From the IMG/VR virus record IMGVR_UViG_3300045988_132745, positions 42,131 through 106,130 of that record: DNA of 64,000 bases. One strand, written 5' to 3'. Positions 8,896 to 17,848 of this stretch are shown here, one piece after another (the first letter of the stretch is position 1; every line of letters begins with the position of its first letter). The DNA is from a virus. The notes under the pieces were generated by a model. The model was not told where the DNA came from. It saw only the letters and a program-made list of their open reading frames with translations, and did not search any database. Position numbers and translations under genes: made by a program.

Positions 8896-9972
8896 ATGAC
8901 ACAACGAAACATCAACCTTACGCTGCCCCGCTCATGGAATGAGTGCAGCACCGAGCAGTTGGAGCTCATCTCCCGTATAATGCTTGAGCAGATAGAGCGA
9001 GTCGACCGTTATCATCCCTTCGACATGCGCAACGTCAAGATAGCGTGCTTCTTCGTCTTGTCTGGCATAGAGATAGTGGAAGGCATAGACGAGTCGGAAC
9101 CTCTCGAAGAGCAACACTACACTTGCCGATTCTCCACCCCAAGTCGTCGCAACCGTTTCTTCCGTCGCAAGCAACATGAGGAAGAAACCTTCCCCATCTA
9201 CCTATGGCAGCTCAACTACTGGCTAACGCCAAAGCCGAAGACCGACGACCGCAACTCGGCTGAGTATCTTGCCTCTGGTGCCGGACTGCTCGATTGGCTC
9301 GACAACGAGCGTGGAGCTCACCTCACTCGCTTTCCCTACCCCACCCTTCGCCTACGCAACAAGCGTGGTCTGCTACGTCGCAAGATTGAGTTTGAAGGTC
9401 CTGCGCAGGATATGGACGGCTTCTCATGGCAGCAGTTTCGCTTTGCCCATGATCTCATGGGACAAAACACCTCGCTCGACAACAACCTTGTCAAGATGAA
9501 GAAGATGGGCAAGTTCACAGCCGAGCAGATAGCACAGCAAGCCGACAGCGTAGACCAGGCACGCTCTATGTTCCTTGCCACAATCTTCAACCGTCGCATC
9601 GACTTCATCGACACCAACACCAACCTGAAGGTACATGATTTCCATTACGACGTGCGTCAGTTCGACACCCAAGCTCCACTCTTCCGCCACTTCCCCGCCC
9701 ACCAGTGGCAACCCATCCTCTTCTGGTGGGCCGGCATGATGCACACTCTCTCACGGCGTTATCCTCATGTGTTCAAGGTGCAGAAGATCGACCGCACGCA
9801 ACCACCGTCCACCCCACTTGAGATATACACCGCCACCATCGCCACTATGCAGAAATACGCCTCGCTCACCGAAGACCAGGTGAACAATCAGTCATATTCG
9901 CTTGTGCTGGAGCATTTGGAACGAATCTCGAAGGATAATGAGGAGATGGAGAAGATTCGCAACGCGAAGTGA
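8896..9972 (+). CDS. hypothetical protein
   Basis: 358-aa ORF; no recognised motif. Confidence 0.6.
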   Translation: MTQRNINLTLPRSWNECSTEQLELISRIMLEQIERVDRYHPFDMRNVKIACFFVLSGIEIVEGIDESEPLEEQHYTCRFSTPSRRNRFFRRKQHEEETFPIYLWQLNYWLTPKPKTDDRNSAEYLASGAGLLDWLDNERGAHLTRFPYPTLRLRNKRGLLRRKIEFEGPAQDMDGFSWQQFRFAHDLMGQNTSLDNNLVKMKKMGKFTAEQIAQQADSVDQARSMFLATIFNRRIDFIDTNTNLKVHDFHYDVRQFDTQAPLFRHFPAHQWQPILFWWAGMMHTLSRRYPHVFKVQKIDRTQPPSTPLEIYTATIATMQKYASLTEDQVNNQSYSLVLEHLERISKDNEEMEKIRNAK

Positions 9973-9995
9973 AAAGCGAAAAATCCAATGGCTTA

Positions 9996-10012
9996 TTAAC
10001 GAAAATATAGAG
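9996..10012 (+). promoter_or_regulatory. ATATAGAG leader motif (full 17-mer TTAACGAAAATATAGAG)
   Basis: Ends 1 nt before ATG 10014. Confidence 0.55.
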
Positions 10013-10013
10013 T

Positions 10014-10619
10014 ATGCAAAAGATTATGTTTAATGACAAGTACGGACTGACTGATGCCGTGCTTGCAAAGCGAAAGACGCAGACAAGGCGAATTATCACC
10101 AACAAGGAGATGCTTAAAGTCATCAAGAAGTTCGATACGTTGGGGGCGCTCTTTACTATTTACTCTCGATTTTTATTAAATCCTGATTTAAGAGAGCGAT
10201 TCATATACAATCGCAGAGTGATGCGCTATCAAAAGAACGAGACCGTAGCTATTGCGCAATCGTATGCCGACATTACGCCTCAAGTAGATTGGGCAAACTG
10301 TATGGCTCGCAAAGAGGAAATCGGTTGGAATAACAAAATGTTTGTTCGTGCCGAAGATATGCCCCATCATATCCGTATAACCAATATTCGTATTGAGCGT
10401 TTGCAAGACATAAAAATCGAGGATTGCTTAAAGGAAGGTCTCTGGATGGCTGGAGACGTAGGACTTGATGGTACGATTTATTGGTATCACGGTCTTGCCA
10501 ATTTCTCGTTTCGCACTCCGCAGGATGCCTACGCATCCCTCATCGACCGCATCTCTGGCAAAGGCACATGGGAGAGCAATCCGTATGTATTCGTTTATGA
10601 TTTTGAACTAATAGATTAG
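10014..10619 (+). CDS. ASCH/PUA-like domain protein (tentative)
   Basis: N-terminus MFNDKYGLTDAVLAKRKTQTRRII resembles the GxKTxTRR start of ASCH domains. Confidence 0.45.
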   Translation: MQKIMFNDKYGLTDAVLAKRKTQTRRIITNKEMLKVIKKFDTLGALFTIYSRFLLNPDLRERFIYNRRVMRYQKNETVAIAQSYADITPQVDWANCMARKEEIGWNNKMFVRAEDMPHHIRITNIRIERLQDIKIEDCLKEGLWMAGDVGLDGTIYWYHGLANFSFRTPQDAYASLIDRISGKGTWESNPYVFVYDFELID

Positions 10620-10622
10620 CGT

Positions 10623-10952
10623 ATGTATCTAAAGATAAAACGTCGCAACCGTCCCGACTGCATCGTCATGCTCTGCCCAGATCGCGCCACAAAGAAATGG
10701 TGTTTCGCAAATCTTTCCACCGAACACGTCTGCACCTGTCGCTTCGACACTATCGATGATGCTTTTGCCGACCTGAGAAAGCGTGCGGAAGTAGCGAGCT
10801 TCTCCGTAATCGAAAATCCCTTTGCTCCACATCTGACCGAGAATGCCATGCCGACCCATGTTTCAAGTATGCCTAACTGCGTGGAAATATTTCGAGAGAA
10901 TGAGGAGAGCGCACTGCGATTGCTGTGGGCAGGAGAAGTAGAGGAAGAGTAA
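10623..10952 (+). CDS. hypothetical protein
   Basis: 109-aa ORF. Confidence 0.5.
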   Translation: MYLKIKRRNRPDCIVMLCPDRATKKWCFANLSTEHVCTCRFDTIDDAFADLRKRAEVASFSVIENPFAPHLTENAMPTHVSSMPNCVEIFRENEESALRLLWAGEVEEE

Positions 10953-10963
10953 TTAATAATGTA

Positions 10964-10980
10964 TTAACGAAAATATAGAG
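10964..10980 (+). promoter_or_regulatory. ATATAGAG leader motif (full 17-mer)
   Basis: ttaacgaaaatatagag ends 1 nt before ATG 10982. Confidence 0.55.
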
Positions 10981-10981
10981 T

Positions 10982-11353
10982 ATGAAGAACAGAGAAATGC
11001 ACATTGCATTGCGTAATAGCGGCTATCGTTTTATTGGCGAGAAGTATGGAGATTATACCTACGGCAAGCCTTTAGGGTATGGCTGTTTAAGCGCTTATTT
11101 TCGCCCAGAGGAGGCGAAAATAGAAATATTGCTTATGGTAAAAGAGGTACCTCAGAAAGATAAACATCTAAATGCGATTTGGAAGAGTGTTCGTCACGAC
11201 ATATCGAGCGAGCATGAAGACTTTTACCTTAATTGCGTGCAGACCATCAAAGACTGCGAGGTAGAGATTTTCTCAACAACGCCTGTGGCTTGGCAATGTA
11301 ACAGGTTTGTAAGATACGACTTTGAAGAAAACCCTTCGCTGGATATAGATTAA
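10982..11353 (+). CDS. hypothetical protein, paralog of 17849-18223
   Basis: Shares YRF..., GKPLGYG, IFS.TPVAW..NR.VRYDFEEN with the 17849 ORF. Confidence 0.65.
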   Translation: MKNREMHIALRNSGYRFIGEKYGDYTYGKPLGYGCLSAYFRPEEAKIEILLMVKEVPQKDKHLNAIWKSVRHDISSEHEDFYLNCVQTIKDCEVEIFSTTPVAWQCNRFVRYDFEENPSLDID

Positions 11354-11371
11354 AGGATATGAATCTAAAAA

Positions 11372-11383
11372 GAAAATATAGAG
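11372..11383 (+). promoter_or_regulatory. ATATAGAG leader motif
   Basis: gaaaatatagag ends 3 nt before ATG 11387. Confidence 0.5.
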
Positions 11384-11386
11384 AGT

Positions 11387-12565
11387 ATGAAGAACGTAAA
11401 GATTTTCGCAAAGACCATTGAGCAGGAGGCCAAGGAACAGATTGAGAGGATGGCAGCGAGCGAGGCTTATCGCGATTGTCAGATACGCATTATGCCCGAC
11501 TGTCATGCGGGCAAGGGATGCACGATTGGTACGGTAATTCAGACTGCCGGTAAGGTGGTGCCCAATACCGTAGGCGTGGATATAGGCTGTGGTATGTTGG
11601 TATTCAAGTTCGCTGAGAAGGATATAAACCTTTCGCTTCTCGACCGAATCATCAATGAGTCGGTGCCGAGCGGATTTGACGTTCACGAAAAGTCCAAGCT
11701 AAAAGATATAAGTCCGCTTACGTCACATATTTTGCTCGAATTACACGAAAGGACACAAGGCTGCTTCGACCCCGACTATATCGGACGCTCGCTTGGCACC
11801 CTCGGTGGCGGCAATCACTTCATCGAGTTGGACGAGGACGAGCAGGGTTATAAGTATCTTGTGATACATTCGGGCAGTCGCAATCTCGGAGTTAAGGTGT
11901 GCAACTTTTTCCAACACTTAGCCAAGAAGAATGTGAATCGAAACGAGGAGCGCAAGCGCATCATCGAAGACTTAAAGAAGTACGGCTTAGAGAAGGAGAT
12001 TAACAATACGTTGCGTCGTTTGGGCACCGTGCCTCCCGATCTCGCCTATCTTGAGGGAGAAGACCTCGATGCCTATATTTTCGCAGCGAACGTCTGTCGG
12101 TGTTTTGCAGACGACAACAGATGGAATATAGCAATGACTATCATCCATGGGCTTCATTTACCGTTCGTGGATTTCTTTACCACCAGGCATAACTATTTCG
12201 ACATACACTCAGGCATCATCCGAAAAGGAGCCGTGCGAGCTGCAAAGGACGAACAGCTCATCATTCCGCTCAATATGCGCGACGGTTCGCTTCTGTGTAT
12301 AGGCAAGGGCAACGACGACTGGCTTCAGTCGGCTCCGCACGGAGCTGGCAGACTAATGTCGCGCTCGGCGGCCAAGAAGCAGCTCAGCATGGAGGAATAC
12401 CGACAGCAGATGCACGACATTTACTCCACATCGGTATGCGAGTCAACAATCGACGAGTCACCAATGGCGTACAAGCCAGCCGAAGAGATAGAATCGCTTA
12501 TAGCCGACACTGTGGAAATTAAAAAGCGCATTAAACCTATATACAATTTCAAAGCGAAAGAGTAA
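11387..12565 (+). CDS. rtcB: RtcB-family 3'-phosphate/5'-hydroxyl RNA ligase
   Basis: Metal and GMP-site motifs IMPDCHAGKGCTIG, GGGNHFIEL, HSGSRNLG and PHGAGR, in the canonical order. Confidence 0.9.
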   Translation: MKNVKIFAKTIEQEAKEQIERMAASEAYRDCQIRIMPDCHAGKGCTIGTVIQTAGKVVPNTVGVDIGCGMLVFKFAEKDINLSLLDRIINESVPSGFDVHEKSKLKDISPLTSHILLELHERTQGCFDPDYIGRSLGTLGGGNHFIELDEDEQGYKYLVIHSGSRNLGVKVCNFFQHLAKKNVNRNEERKRIIEDLKKYGLEKEINNTLRRLGTVPPDLAYLEGEDLDAYIFAANVCRCFADDNRWNIAMTIIHGLHLPFVDFFTTRHNYFDIHSGIIRKGAVRAAKDEQLIIPLNMRDGSLLCIGKGNDDWLQSAPHGAGRLMSRSAAKKQLSMEEYRQQMHDIYSTSVCESTIDESPMAYKPAEEIESLIADTVEIKKRIKPIYNFKAKE

Positions 12566-12592
12566 AAAATATACTGCGTTATCGTAAGTTTT

Positions 12593-12607
12593 CACGAAAA
12601 TATAGAG
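12593..12607 (+). promoter_or_regulatory. ATATAGAG leader motif
   Basis: cacgaaaatatagag ends 4 nt before ATG 12612. Confidence 0.5.
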
Positions 12608-12611
12608 AACA

Positions 12612-12986
12612 ATGAGAATATTCAAATTCAAAGGCAAGAGTGTTGATAGTAGTGAGTGGATTGAAGGCTATTACTATAAGGAGTGTGATAATACCTACAT
12701 CATTGAGGACAGACAGAAAGACTCTGTACTTAATCGTAATGAAGCGGTCTTAATTGATCCTTCTACCGTCTGTATGTATACAGGACTAAAAGATTGTGAA
12801 GGCAATGAGATTTGGGAAGGCGATATACTCGAAGGAGAGTCTAAATGTGAAATCGTTTTCTTTAAAGGAACTTTTGCTATACGTTATATTAATTCTAACG
12901 GAAAAGAATGTGTTGACCCTTTACATTATTTTATAAAAGAAGACGGAACGGTTGAGTGCAAAGTTATTGGCAATATATACAAGTAG
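12612..12986 (+). CDS. YopX-family phage protein
   Basis: MRIFKFKGK...EWIEGYY...YTGLKDCEGNEIWEGDILE...KVIGNIYK is typical of YopX. Confidence 0.75.
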   Translation: MRIFKFKGKSVDSSEWIEGYYYKECDNTYIIEDRQKDSVLNRNEAVLIDPSTVCMYTGLKDCEGNEIWEGDILEGESKCEIVFFKGTFAIRYINSNGKECVDPLHYFIKEDGTVECKVIGNIYK

Positions 12987-13041
12987 CAGTGGACAATGCG
13001 AATCAAGATATCTCAACGTAAGGAAGATAAGGAGGAGAGCT

Positions 13042-13503
13042 ATGATTAAACCCGAAGATCTAAGAAGGGGTAACCTTGTAAGGGTTAACCACGATTGCAT
13101 GTTTCCGAAAGGCACAATGTGCGTTGTTACCGATATAAATCCCCTAAAAGTCTTTGACGATAAAAAAGGAGTCGTCACTCTATATGCTATCAACGATGAA
13201 GACGACGGACCTTGGGGCGTTTGGTGCAACTATGTCGAAGGCATACCCGTCACGCCTGAAATACTTAACAAGAACGGTTTTAAAGAAGAAGTCGTTGGCG
13301 AATACTATACAAAGCCTCTTGATAACGAGGAGTATTCTCTTGCGAGATTTTTGGCGGTAGAGCGGAAAAGTTGTAATTGGGCCGTTTTCATAAAGTATTG
13401 TAGTTTGCCCGACCATGTTTTGATACGCCACATTCTATACGTCCACGAGCTCCAAAATACCCTTTGGGGGGTGTTGGGCTTTGATGCAAAACTAAAATTA
13501 TAA
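13042..13503 (+). CDS. hypothetical protein
   Basis: Internal ATG of the 12952 ORF, chosen to avoid overlap; preceded by aaggagg, a rare SD-like site in this window. Confidence 0.5.
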   Translation: MIKPEDLRRGNLVRVNHDCMFPKGTMCVVTDINPLKVFDDKKGVVTLYAINDEDDGPWGVWCNYVEGIPVTPEILNKNGFKEEVVGEYYTKPLDNEEYSLARFLAVERKSCNWAVFIKYCSLPDHVLIRHILYVHELQNTLWGVLGFDAKLKL

Positions 13504-13510
13504 ACGAGAT

Positions 13511-13801
13511 ATGAAATTTGGAATTATTGATTTTATGATGGCATCGCTTCAGGTAGCCTTCATTGTGATGAAACTCTGCGGAACAATCAGTTGGTCGTGG
13601 TGGTTAGTACTACTGCCCATACTCTTGGTTGTTGTGATAAACGTTCTCGTATACCTTCTTCTCGCTTGCATAAAAGTGTATAAGTACCAAATCTTAAAGC
13701 AGTATGATACCGACAATGAGGCTGCTATTCGCTTGAAAGAGATGCAGCAGGAAAGGGAGGAGTTGGAGCGCGAACGTAATAATGTATTAACGAAAATGTA
13801 G
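13511..13801 (+). CDS. small membrane protein with C-terminal coiled coil
   Basis: Two hydrophobic spans, then EMQQEREELERERN. Confidence 0.55.
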   Translation: MKFGIIDFMMASLQVAFIVMKLCGTISWSWWLVLLPILLVVVINVLVYLLLACIKVYKYQILKQYDTDNEAAIRLKEMQQEREELERERNNVLTKM

Positions 13802-13804
13802 AAG
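13787..13804 (+). promoter_or_regulatory. ATATAGAG leader motif, variant ATGTAGAAG
   Basis: ttaacgaaaatgtagaag overlaps the stop of the upstream ORF and ends 3 nt before ATG 13808. Confidence 0.45.
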
Positions 13805-13807
13805 ACA

Positions 13808-14245
13808 ATGAGAAAAGAGAAAATAAAGCAGTTGGTGGACGTAATGCAGGCGTATGTAAATGGCAAAACTATCCAGTATTACAAAGAAGACCTTAGCTTT
13901 ACGAATGAACATTCAGGAGTGCCTATTCTCAACAATAAATGGGTAGATGTGGATGAAGAACATCTTTTTAGACCTGATTTGTACGACTACCGTATCAAAC
14001 CCGAATCTCAGTACCGCTCGTTTAAGAACGCAGAAGAATGCTGGCAGGAGATGCTGAAGCACCAGCCGTTCGGATGGATTAAGAGCAAGAGTGATGATCA
14101 TTATGTTATGGTCACGGTGGTAGGCGTTGATGACAATATGAAGTGTGTTGCGATAAGTGGTAATCATATTTGGACTTTCGATAAAACAATAAGTGACTAC
14201 ATCTTCGCCGATGGAACGCCTTTCGGTATAAAGGAGGAACATTAA
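13808..14245 (+). CDS. hypothetical protein
   Basis: 145-aa ORF. Confidence 0.55.
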   Translation: MRKEKIKQLVDVMQAYVNGKTIQYYKEDLSFTNEHSGVPILNNKWVDVDEEHLFRPDLYDYRIKPESQYRSFKNAEECWQEMLKHQPFGWIKSKSDDHYVMVTVVGVDDNMKCVAISGNHIWTFDKTISDYIFADGTPFGIKEEH

Positions 14246-14350
14246 GGTTTTTACATCGGATTTGATGGATTCAACGGATTTTCATTCATCATCGAATGAA
14301 ACAAACTGAAAAATCCGTGAAATCCGCGGAATCCGATGATAAAAAGATTA

Positions 14351-14367
14351 TTAACGAAAATATAGAG
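14351..14367 (+). promoter_or_regulatory. ATATAGAG leader motif (full 17-mer)
   Basis: ttaacgaaaatatagag ends 4 nt before ATG 14372. Confidence 0.55.
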
Positions 14368-14371
14368 AACA

Positions 14372-14734
14372 ATGAGAACAATCAAATTTAAGGGCAAGCG
14401 TCTTGACAATGGCGAGTGGGTGGAAGGCTACTATAGAGGAAACAATGAAGGCAAAGCTTTTATCTCAAGAATTAAAAGACCTCCTTTGTATTTTGCAGTT
14501 GACCCTGAAACCGTCTGCCAGTTTACAGGTTTGATAGATAGTGAAGGCAATGAGGTTTGGGAAGGTGATATACTTGAAGGTTCTAATACAGGAGAAATCT
14601 GTTTTGACCAAGGTGCTTTCCTTATTCACTCTATTTATGATAATGTTTTGTACTCTTTATTTAATTATACAACATGGGACGGAAAGATAACGTGTAAAGT
14701 TGTTGGCAATAAATTCGATAAGATTAGCGTATGA
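14372..14734 (+). CDS. YopX-family phage protein (second copy)
   Basis: MRTIKFKGKRLDNGEWVEGYY...FTGLIDSEGNEVWEGDILE...KVVGN; paralog of 12612-12986. Confidence 0.75.
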   Translation: MRTIKFKGKRLDNGEWVEGYYRGNNEGKAFISRIKRPPLYFAVDPETVCQFTGLIDSEGNEVWEGDILEGSNTGEICFDQGAFLIHSIYDNVLYSLFNYTTWDGKITCKVVGNKFDKISV

Positions 14735-15525
14735 AAACAGAAGAATATGTAATCACCATTAAAAAGATGCAGGCATTCTGCAATTTGGTGGAAGGTTTTT
14801 ATCCAGACCAATACAAGTTTGTATGTATGCAGCATGACATTTCGGAGCGTGAGGCGATGGACATGTACGCCTATCTGCGCAAGGTGGCTTCCGGGCAGTA
14901 TTGGTGTATCAACGATAAATCAGACGACTATTTTTACACTATGATAAGTATGGCGCAGGAAGCTCGCAAATTACAGACGCTGAATAGTCTTATCAAAGAT
15001 ACCTCTGCTTCTGGTGAGTATGGAAAATCAAAAATCCTTGCCATATTTAAAAAAGGTGATGAATGTGTCCAAAAGGAGTTTGATTTGCAATGGCAGGCTA
15101 CGTTTATCGAGATAGCCGAAATGATAAAGAATGGCTATGTATTGATGACTACCGCCCGACAGGTAGATTATGTTGATGCCAGGGAGTATGTAGGCGAGAA
15201 CGAAGACAAGAAATCACATATCCCTATCTATGATGGCGATGTGATGCTCTGCTATATAAATAAGCCGGAATTTTGGAGTTCGGATTATGAGGACAGCGGT
15301 CTGTATCTCTGTCAGAATGGTGGTTATCATCGTCTAATCTATACTCCTGGCAAAGGTTACGTAAGACACGGCGAGCCTGATACCGATGAGGATTTTGAGT
15401 TGGAAATTGAAGATAAAGCCTTCAGCAGCTACGTAATGACTATCAGTCAAAAGTGGTATAAACTTGGCAACATTCATGCCAGCATCGGGTTCTTGATTGA
15501 AAAGCCGAAAGATAAAGACGAGTAG
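14731..15525 (+). CDS. hypothetical protein with YopX-like C-terminal half
   Basis: ATGA overlap with the upstream stop; C-terminus IPIYDGDVML...WYKLGNIH resembles the YopX core. Confidence 0.5.
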   Translation: MKTEEYVITIKKMQAFCNLVEGFYPDQYKFVCMQHDISEREAMDMYAYLRKVASGQYWCINDKSDDYFYTMISMAQEARKLQTLNSLIKDTSASGEYGKSKILAIFKKGDECVQKEFDLQWQATFIEIAEMIKNGYVLMTTARQVDYVDAREYVGENEDKKSHIPIYDGDVMLCYINKPEFWSSDYEDSGLYLCQNGGYHRLIYTPGKGYVRHGEPDTDEDFELEIEDKAFSSYVMTISQKWYKLGNIHASIGFLIEKPKDKDE

Positions 15526-15528
15526 CGT

Positions 15529-16053
15529 ATGACAACAAATAATAGAGTACGTGCTTACGCCAAGACCCTGACAACCCCCACAACTCCCGCCAAGTGGCAG
15601 ATTCCCATGCGAAAGACCCCTGCAGGCAGAATGGAGTTTTATCTTGAGGGAGAACTGAAAGATAAGTTTTGTGAGCTTTACCCCAAGATTTCCAACCGTC
15701 GTATGATGTTCTTGTTCGGCATAAAACTCTTTACCTTGCAACGTTTCAAGCGTAAACTCGGACTAAAGAGAGAAGCGCAAGATATTAGCGAGCTGCGCAA
15801 GGAGATGTGGCACAAGGAGCGACTGCGCATAAAATACGATCTCGAACGCCAGACTACCTACCGCATCCCTTTGAAAAATCTCACGCATGTTGCGCACAAC
15901 CACAAGAGCATGATGATACGCCAGTGCAACTACTTTGCCGACCCACTTGGAGACCCTTACATCGTCTGCTACGATAGCCAGACCCGACGCTCCGCAAAGC
16001 GCGAGGCTACGGCTGTGAGGCATGGGCTGAAGGTGGTGGAAGCGGACGAATAA
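15529..16053 (+). CDS. hypothetical basic protein
   Basis: 174-aa ORF. Confidence 0.55.
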   Translation: MTTNNRVRAYAKTLTTPTTPAKWQIPMRKTPAGRMEFYLEGELKDKFCELYPKISNRRMMFLFGIKLFTLQRFKRKLGLKREAQDISELRKEMWHKERLRIKYDLERQTTYRIPLKNLTHVAHNHKSMMIRQCNYFADPLGDPYIVCYDSQTRRSAKREATAVRHGLKVVEADE

Positions 16054-16125
16054 TTAACATTAGCCGACCCTCGCGACGGACTGGGCAACACCACACCGCA
16101 TATAGTATATAAAATTGAATAAGAT

Positions 16126-16296
16126 ATGAAACTAAGAATAATTTCAATGGAGGTTTATAAAGGTTGCATTCCAGAACCTGTTTATATGGTTCAGAAATAT
16201 GTCGGAGACTGTATCTTCGGCAAGTGGGTAAACATCAAAGGATTTTCCGACAAAGAAAAGGCAGTGGCGCTAATGTCGCTGTTGTATAATATGTAA
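16126..16296 (+). CDS. small hypothetical protein (56 aa; below the ORF-track cutoff)
   Basis: ATG 16126 to TAA 16294-16296, read by hand; fills an otherwise empty gap; 3' end lies in the 48-bp repeat. Confidence 0.35.
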   Translation: MKLRIISMEVYKGCIPEPVYMVQKYVGDCIFGKWVNIKGFSDKEKAVALMSLLYNM

Positions 16297-16297
16297 T

Positions 16298-16310
16298 AAA
16301 AACTATAGAG
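16298..16310 (+). promoter_or_regulatory. ATATAGAG leader motif, variant AAAAACTATAGAG
   Basis: Ends 3 nt before ATG 16314; part of the 48-bp direct repeat also found at 16860-16907. Confidence 0.45.
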
Positions 16311-16313
16311 ACA

Positions 16314-16877
16314 ATGAAACATCAGAAATTTAAAAATCGTGATGCCTATGCAAGGCGTTATGGAGAGTTGGTAGCCGAAAATGTGGCGATGGAACAAAGA
16401 ATACATGGTCTTGTCAGAGACTATAACAGGGTAGCGGAAAAACTCCGCCAGCTGGAAGACAAGCATGAGGATGTGGTGGCGCAACTGGAAAATACGGGGG
16501 CCAATCTCAAGGAATTGCATAAAGGTTACACCAACATCTGCAACGCTAACATAGCGCAAGGGCGTGAGACCGACAATCTCAGAAACGAGCTTGCCAAATT
16601 GCGAAGCGAGAACGCAGACTTAAAGCAAGAGCGCCGCACCCTTATCGACTTACTTGAGGAAAAAGGGTTCACTCTCGTCAAGAACACCGAATGTCCTCAC
16701 GACATGGTGGAGACTGGAGACCCGTTCTGCAAAGAAAATCCCGAAACAGTAAGAGTGGATAGCTGCGCATGTTGGAATTGTGAATATTTCTGCCTCCGGC
16801 TGAAGGACAGAGGCAAGATAGTTTGCAAGGAAGGGCAAAAACGGAATCAGCAAGACAATAATGTCGCTGTTGTATAA
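16314..16877 (+). CDS. coiled-coil protein with Cys-rich C-terminus, paralog of 16902-17687
   Basis: Shared AENV..EQR.H.LV.DYN core; C-terminal CPHD...CKEN...CACWNCEYFC. Confidence 0.6.
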   Translation: MKHQKFKNRDAYARRYGELVAENVAMEQRIHGLVRDYNRVAEKLRQLEDKHEDVVAQLENTGANLKELHKGYTNICNANIAQGRETDNLRNELAKLRSENADLKQERRTLIDLLEEKGFTLVKNTECPHDMVETGDPFCKENPETVRVDSCACWNCEYFCLRLKDRGKIVCKEGQKRNQQDNNVAVV

Positions 16878-16885
16878 TATGTAAT

Positions 16886-16898
16886 AAAAACTATAGAA
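16886..16898 (+). promoter_or_regulatory. ATATAGAG leader motif, variant
   Basis: aaaaactatagaa ends 3 nt before ATG 16902. Confidence 0.45.
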
Positions 16899-16901
16899 AC
16901 A

Positions 16902-17687
16902 ATGAAAACAGAAGAAATCAACCCTGGCGACATCCTTTACGAAAAAGAGCGAAATTTGTTGGTGAAGGTGGCGCGAGTAGATGAAGATGGAGTTGTGAAA
17001 TGTTCGGCATATACTGATATGGAAAGAATATTCAAGACAGTACCTCCACCCTATCGCATAGGCACACACACCGCCGATGCCTATATTCCGGCTACTGACG
17101 TGCAGCGCAAGTATATGGAGAGAAATCTGGCAGTATGCAAGTATGTAAATCTGCCTAAGAACAACCGTATGGAGACGCTTGCCTACATCATTGCCGATTT
17201 GAAGGCAGAGAACGTGGAGCTTGAGCAGCGCGTGCATCAGCTCGTGGACGATTACAACGACGTGGTACGCCAGTTGAACGGTAAGGAGAAGCATGAGCCT
17301 AATACAGAAGGTTTCACTCTTGGAGAACTGACAGAAGCCTTGGATAAATGCGAGGTCTTGGAAAAGGAAAACAAGCAACTGAAGCAACAAAACGTTCTGC
17401 TTCTGACGGATCGCAACGAAGCAAAAACTCGTGCCGATGATTGCGACAAACTGAAAAGGATGAACGGAGAGCTGGAGCGTTTTGCAAAGGCAATCCATTC
17501 TTTTGTAAAGGATAATAAAATCTACATGAAAAAAGGAACGTCCTGCGGCTATAAGCAAGGCCACCCCGCTGTAAGTTCTACGGCCTGTCTGGAATGTAAA
17601 TCTTGCCTGGGCATCATTGAAGGCTGCGGCGTGATCTGCGAGGCAAGATTGTTAGAAGCAAATGTCTCTTTCCCCAAAAATGACTGA
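16902..17687 (+). CDS. coiled-coil protein with Cys-rich C-terminus
   Basis: 261 aa; paralogous core to 16314; C-terminal CLECKSCLGIIEGCGVIC. Confidence 0.6.
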   Translation: MKTEEINPGDILYEKERNLLVKVARVDEDGVVKCSAYTDMERIFKTVPPPYRIGTHTADAYIPATDVQRKYMERNLAVCKYVNLPKNNRMETLAYIIADLKAENVELEQRVHQLVDDYNDVVRQLNGKEKHEPNTEGFTLGELTEALDKCEVLEKENKQLKQQNVLLLTDRNEAKTRADDCDKLKRMNGELERFAKAIHSFVKDNKIYMKKGTSCGYKQGHPAVSSTACLECKSCLGIIEGCGVICEARLLEANVSFPKND

Positions 17688-17688
17688 C

Positions 17689-17808
17689 ACCGCACGCACC
17701 CTCGTAGTCGGCTTGATGCAGACACCACCCTACGACCGTATGTTCGAGCAGAGTCGCCGCGTGTATTCCGCAAAAGGAATATCGCCCACGCTGCATACGC
17801 AAGGGGGG
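17689..17808 (+). pseudogene. remnant of a DNA (cytosine-5) methyltransferase C-terminus
   Basis: Translation ...SRRVYSAKGISPTLHTQGG matches the conserved RVY..G.sPTL..GG motif near the C-terminus of C5-MTases; no catalytic PC or ENV motifs upstream. Confidence 0.45.
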
Positions 17809-17848
17809 TGGTCAAGAGATAAAAGTATTAATAGAACTATAAAAAAGA

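Noticed and set aside
13030-13041. General use of Shine-Dalgarno sites
   Set aside because: aaggagg before 13042 and gagga in the 56-57 kb leaders are exceptions. Most starts here lack any purine-rich SD, which is consistent with Bacteroidota-type initiation. SD presence was therefore not used to pick starts elsewhere.
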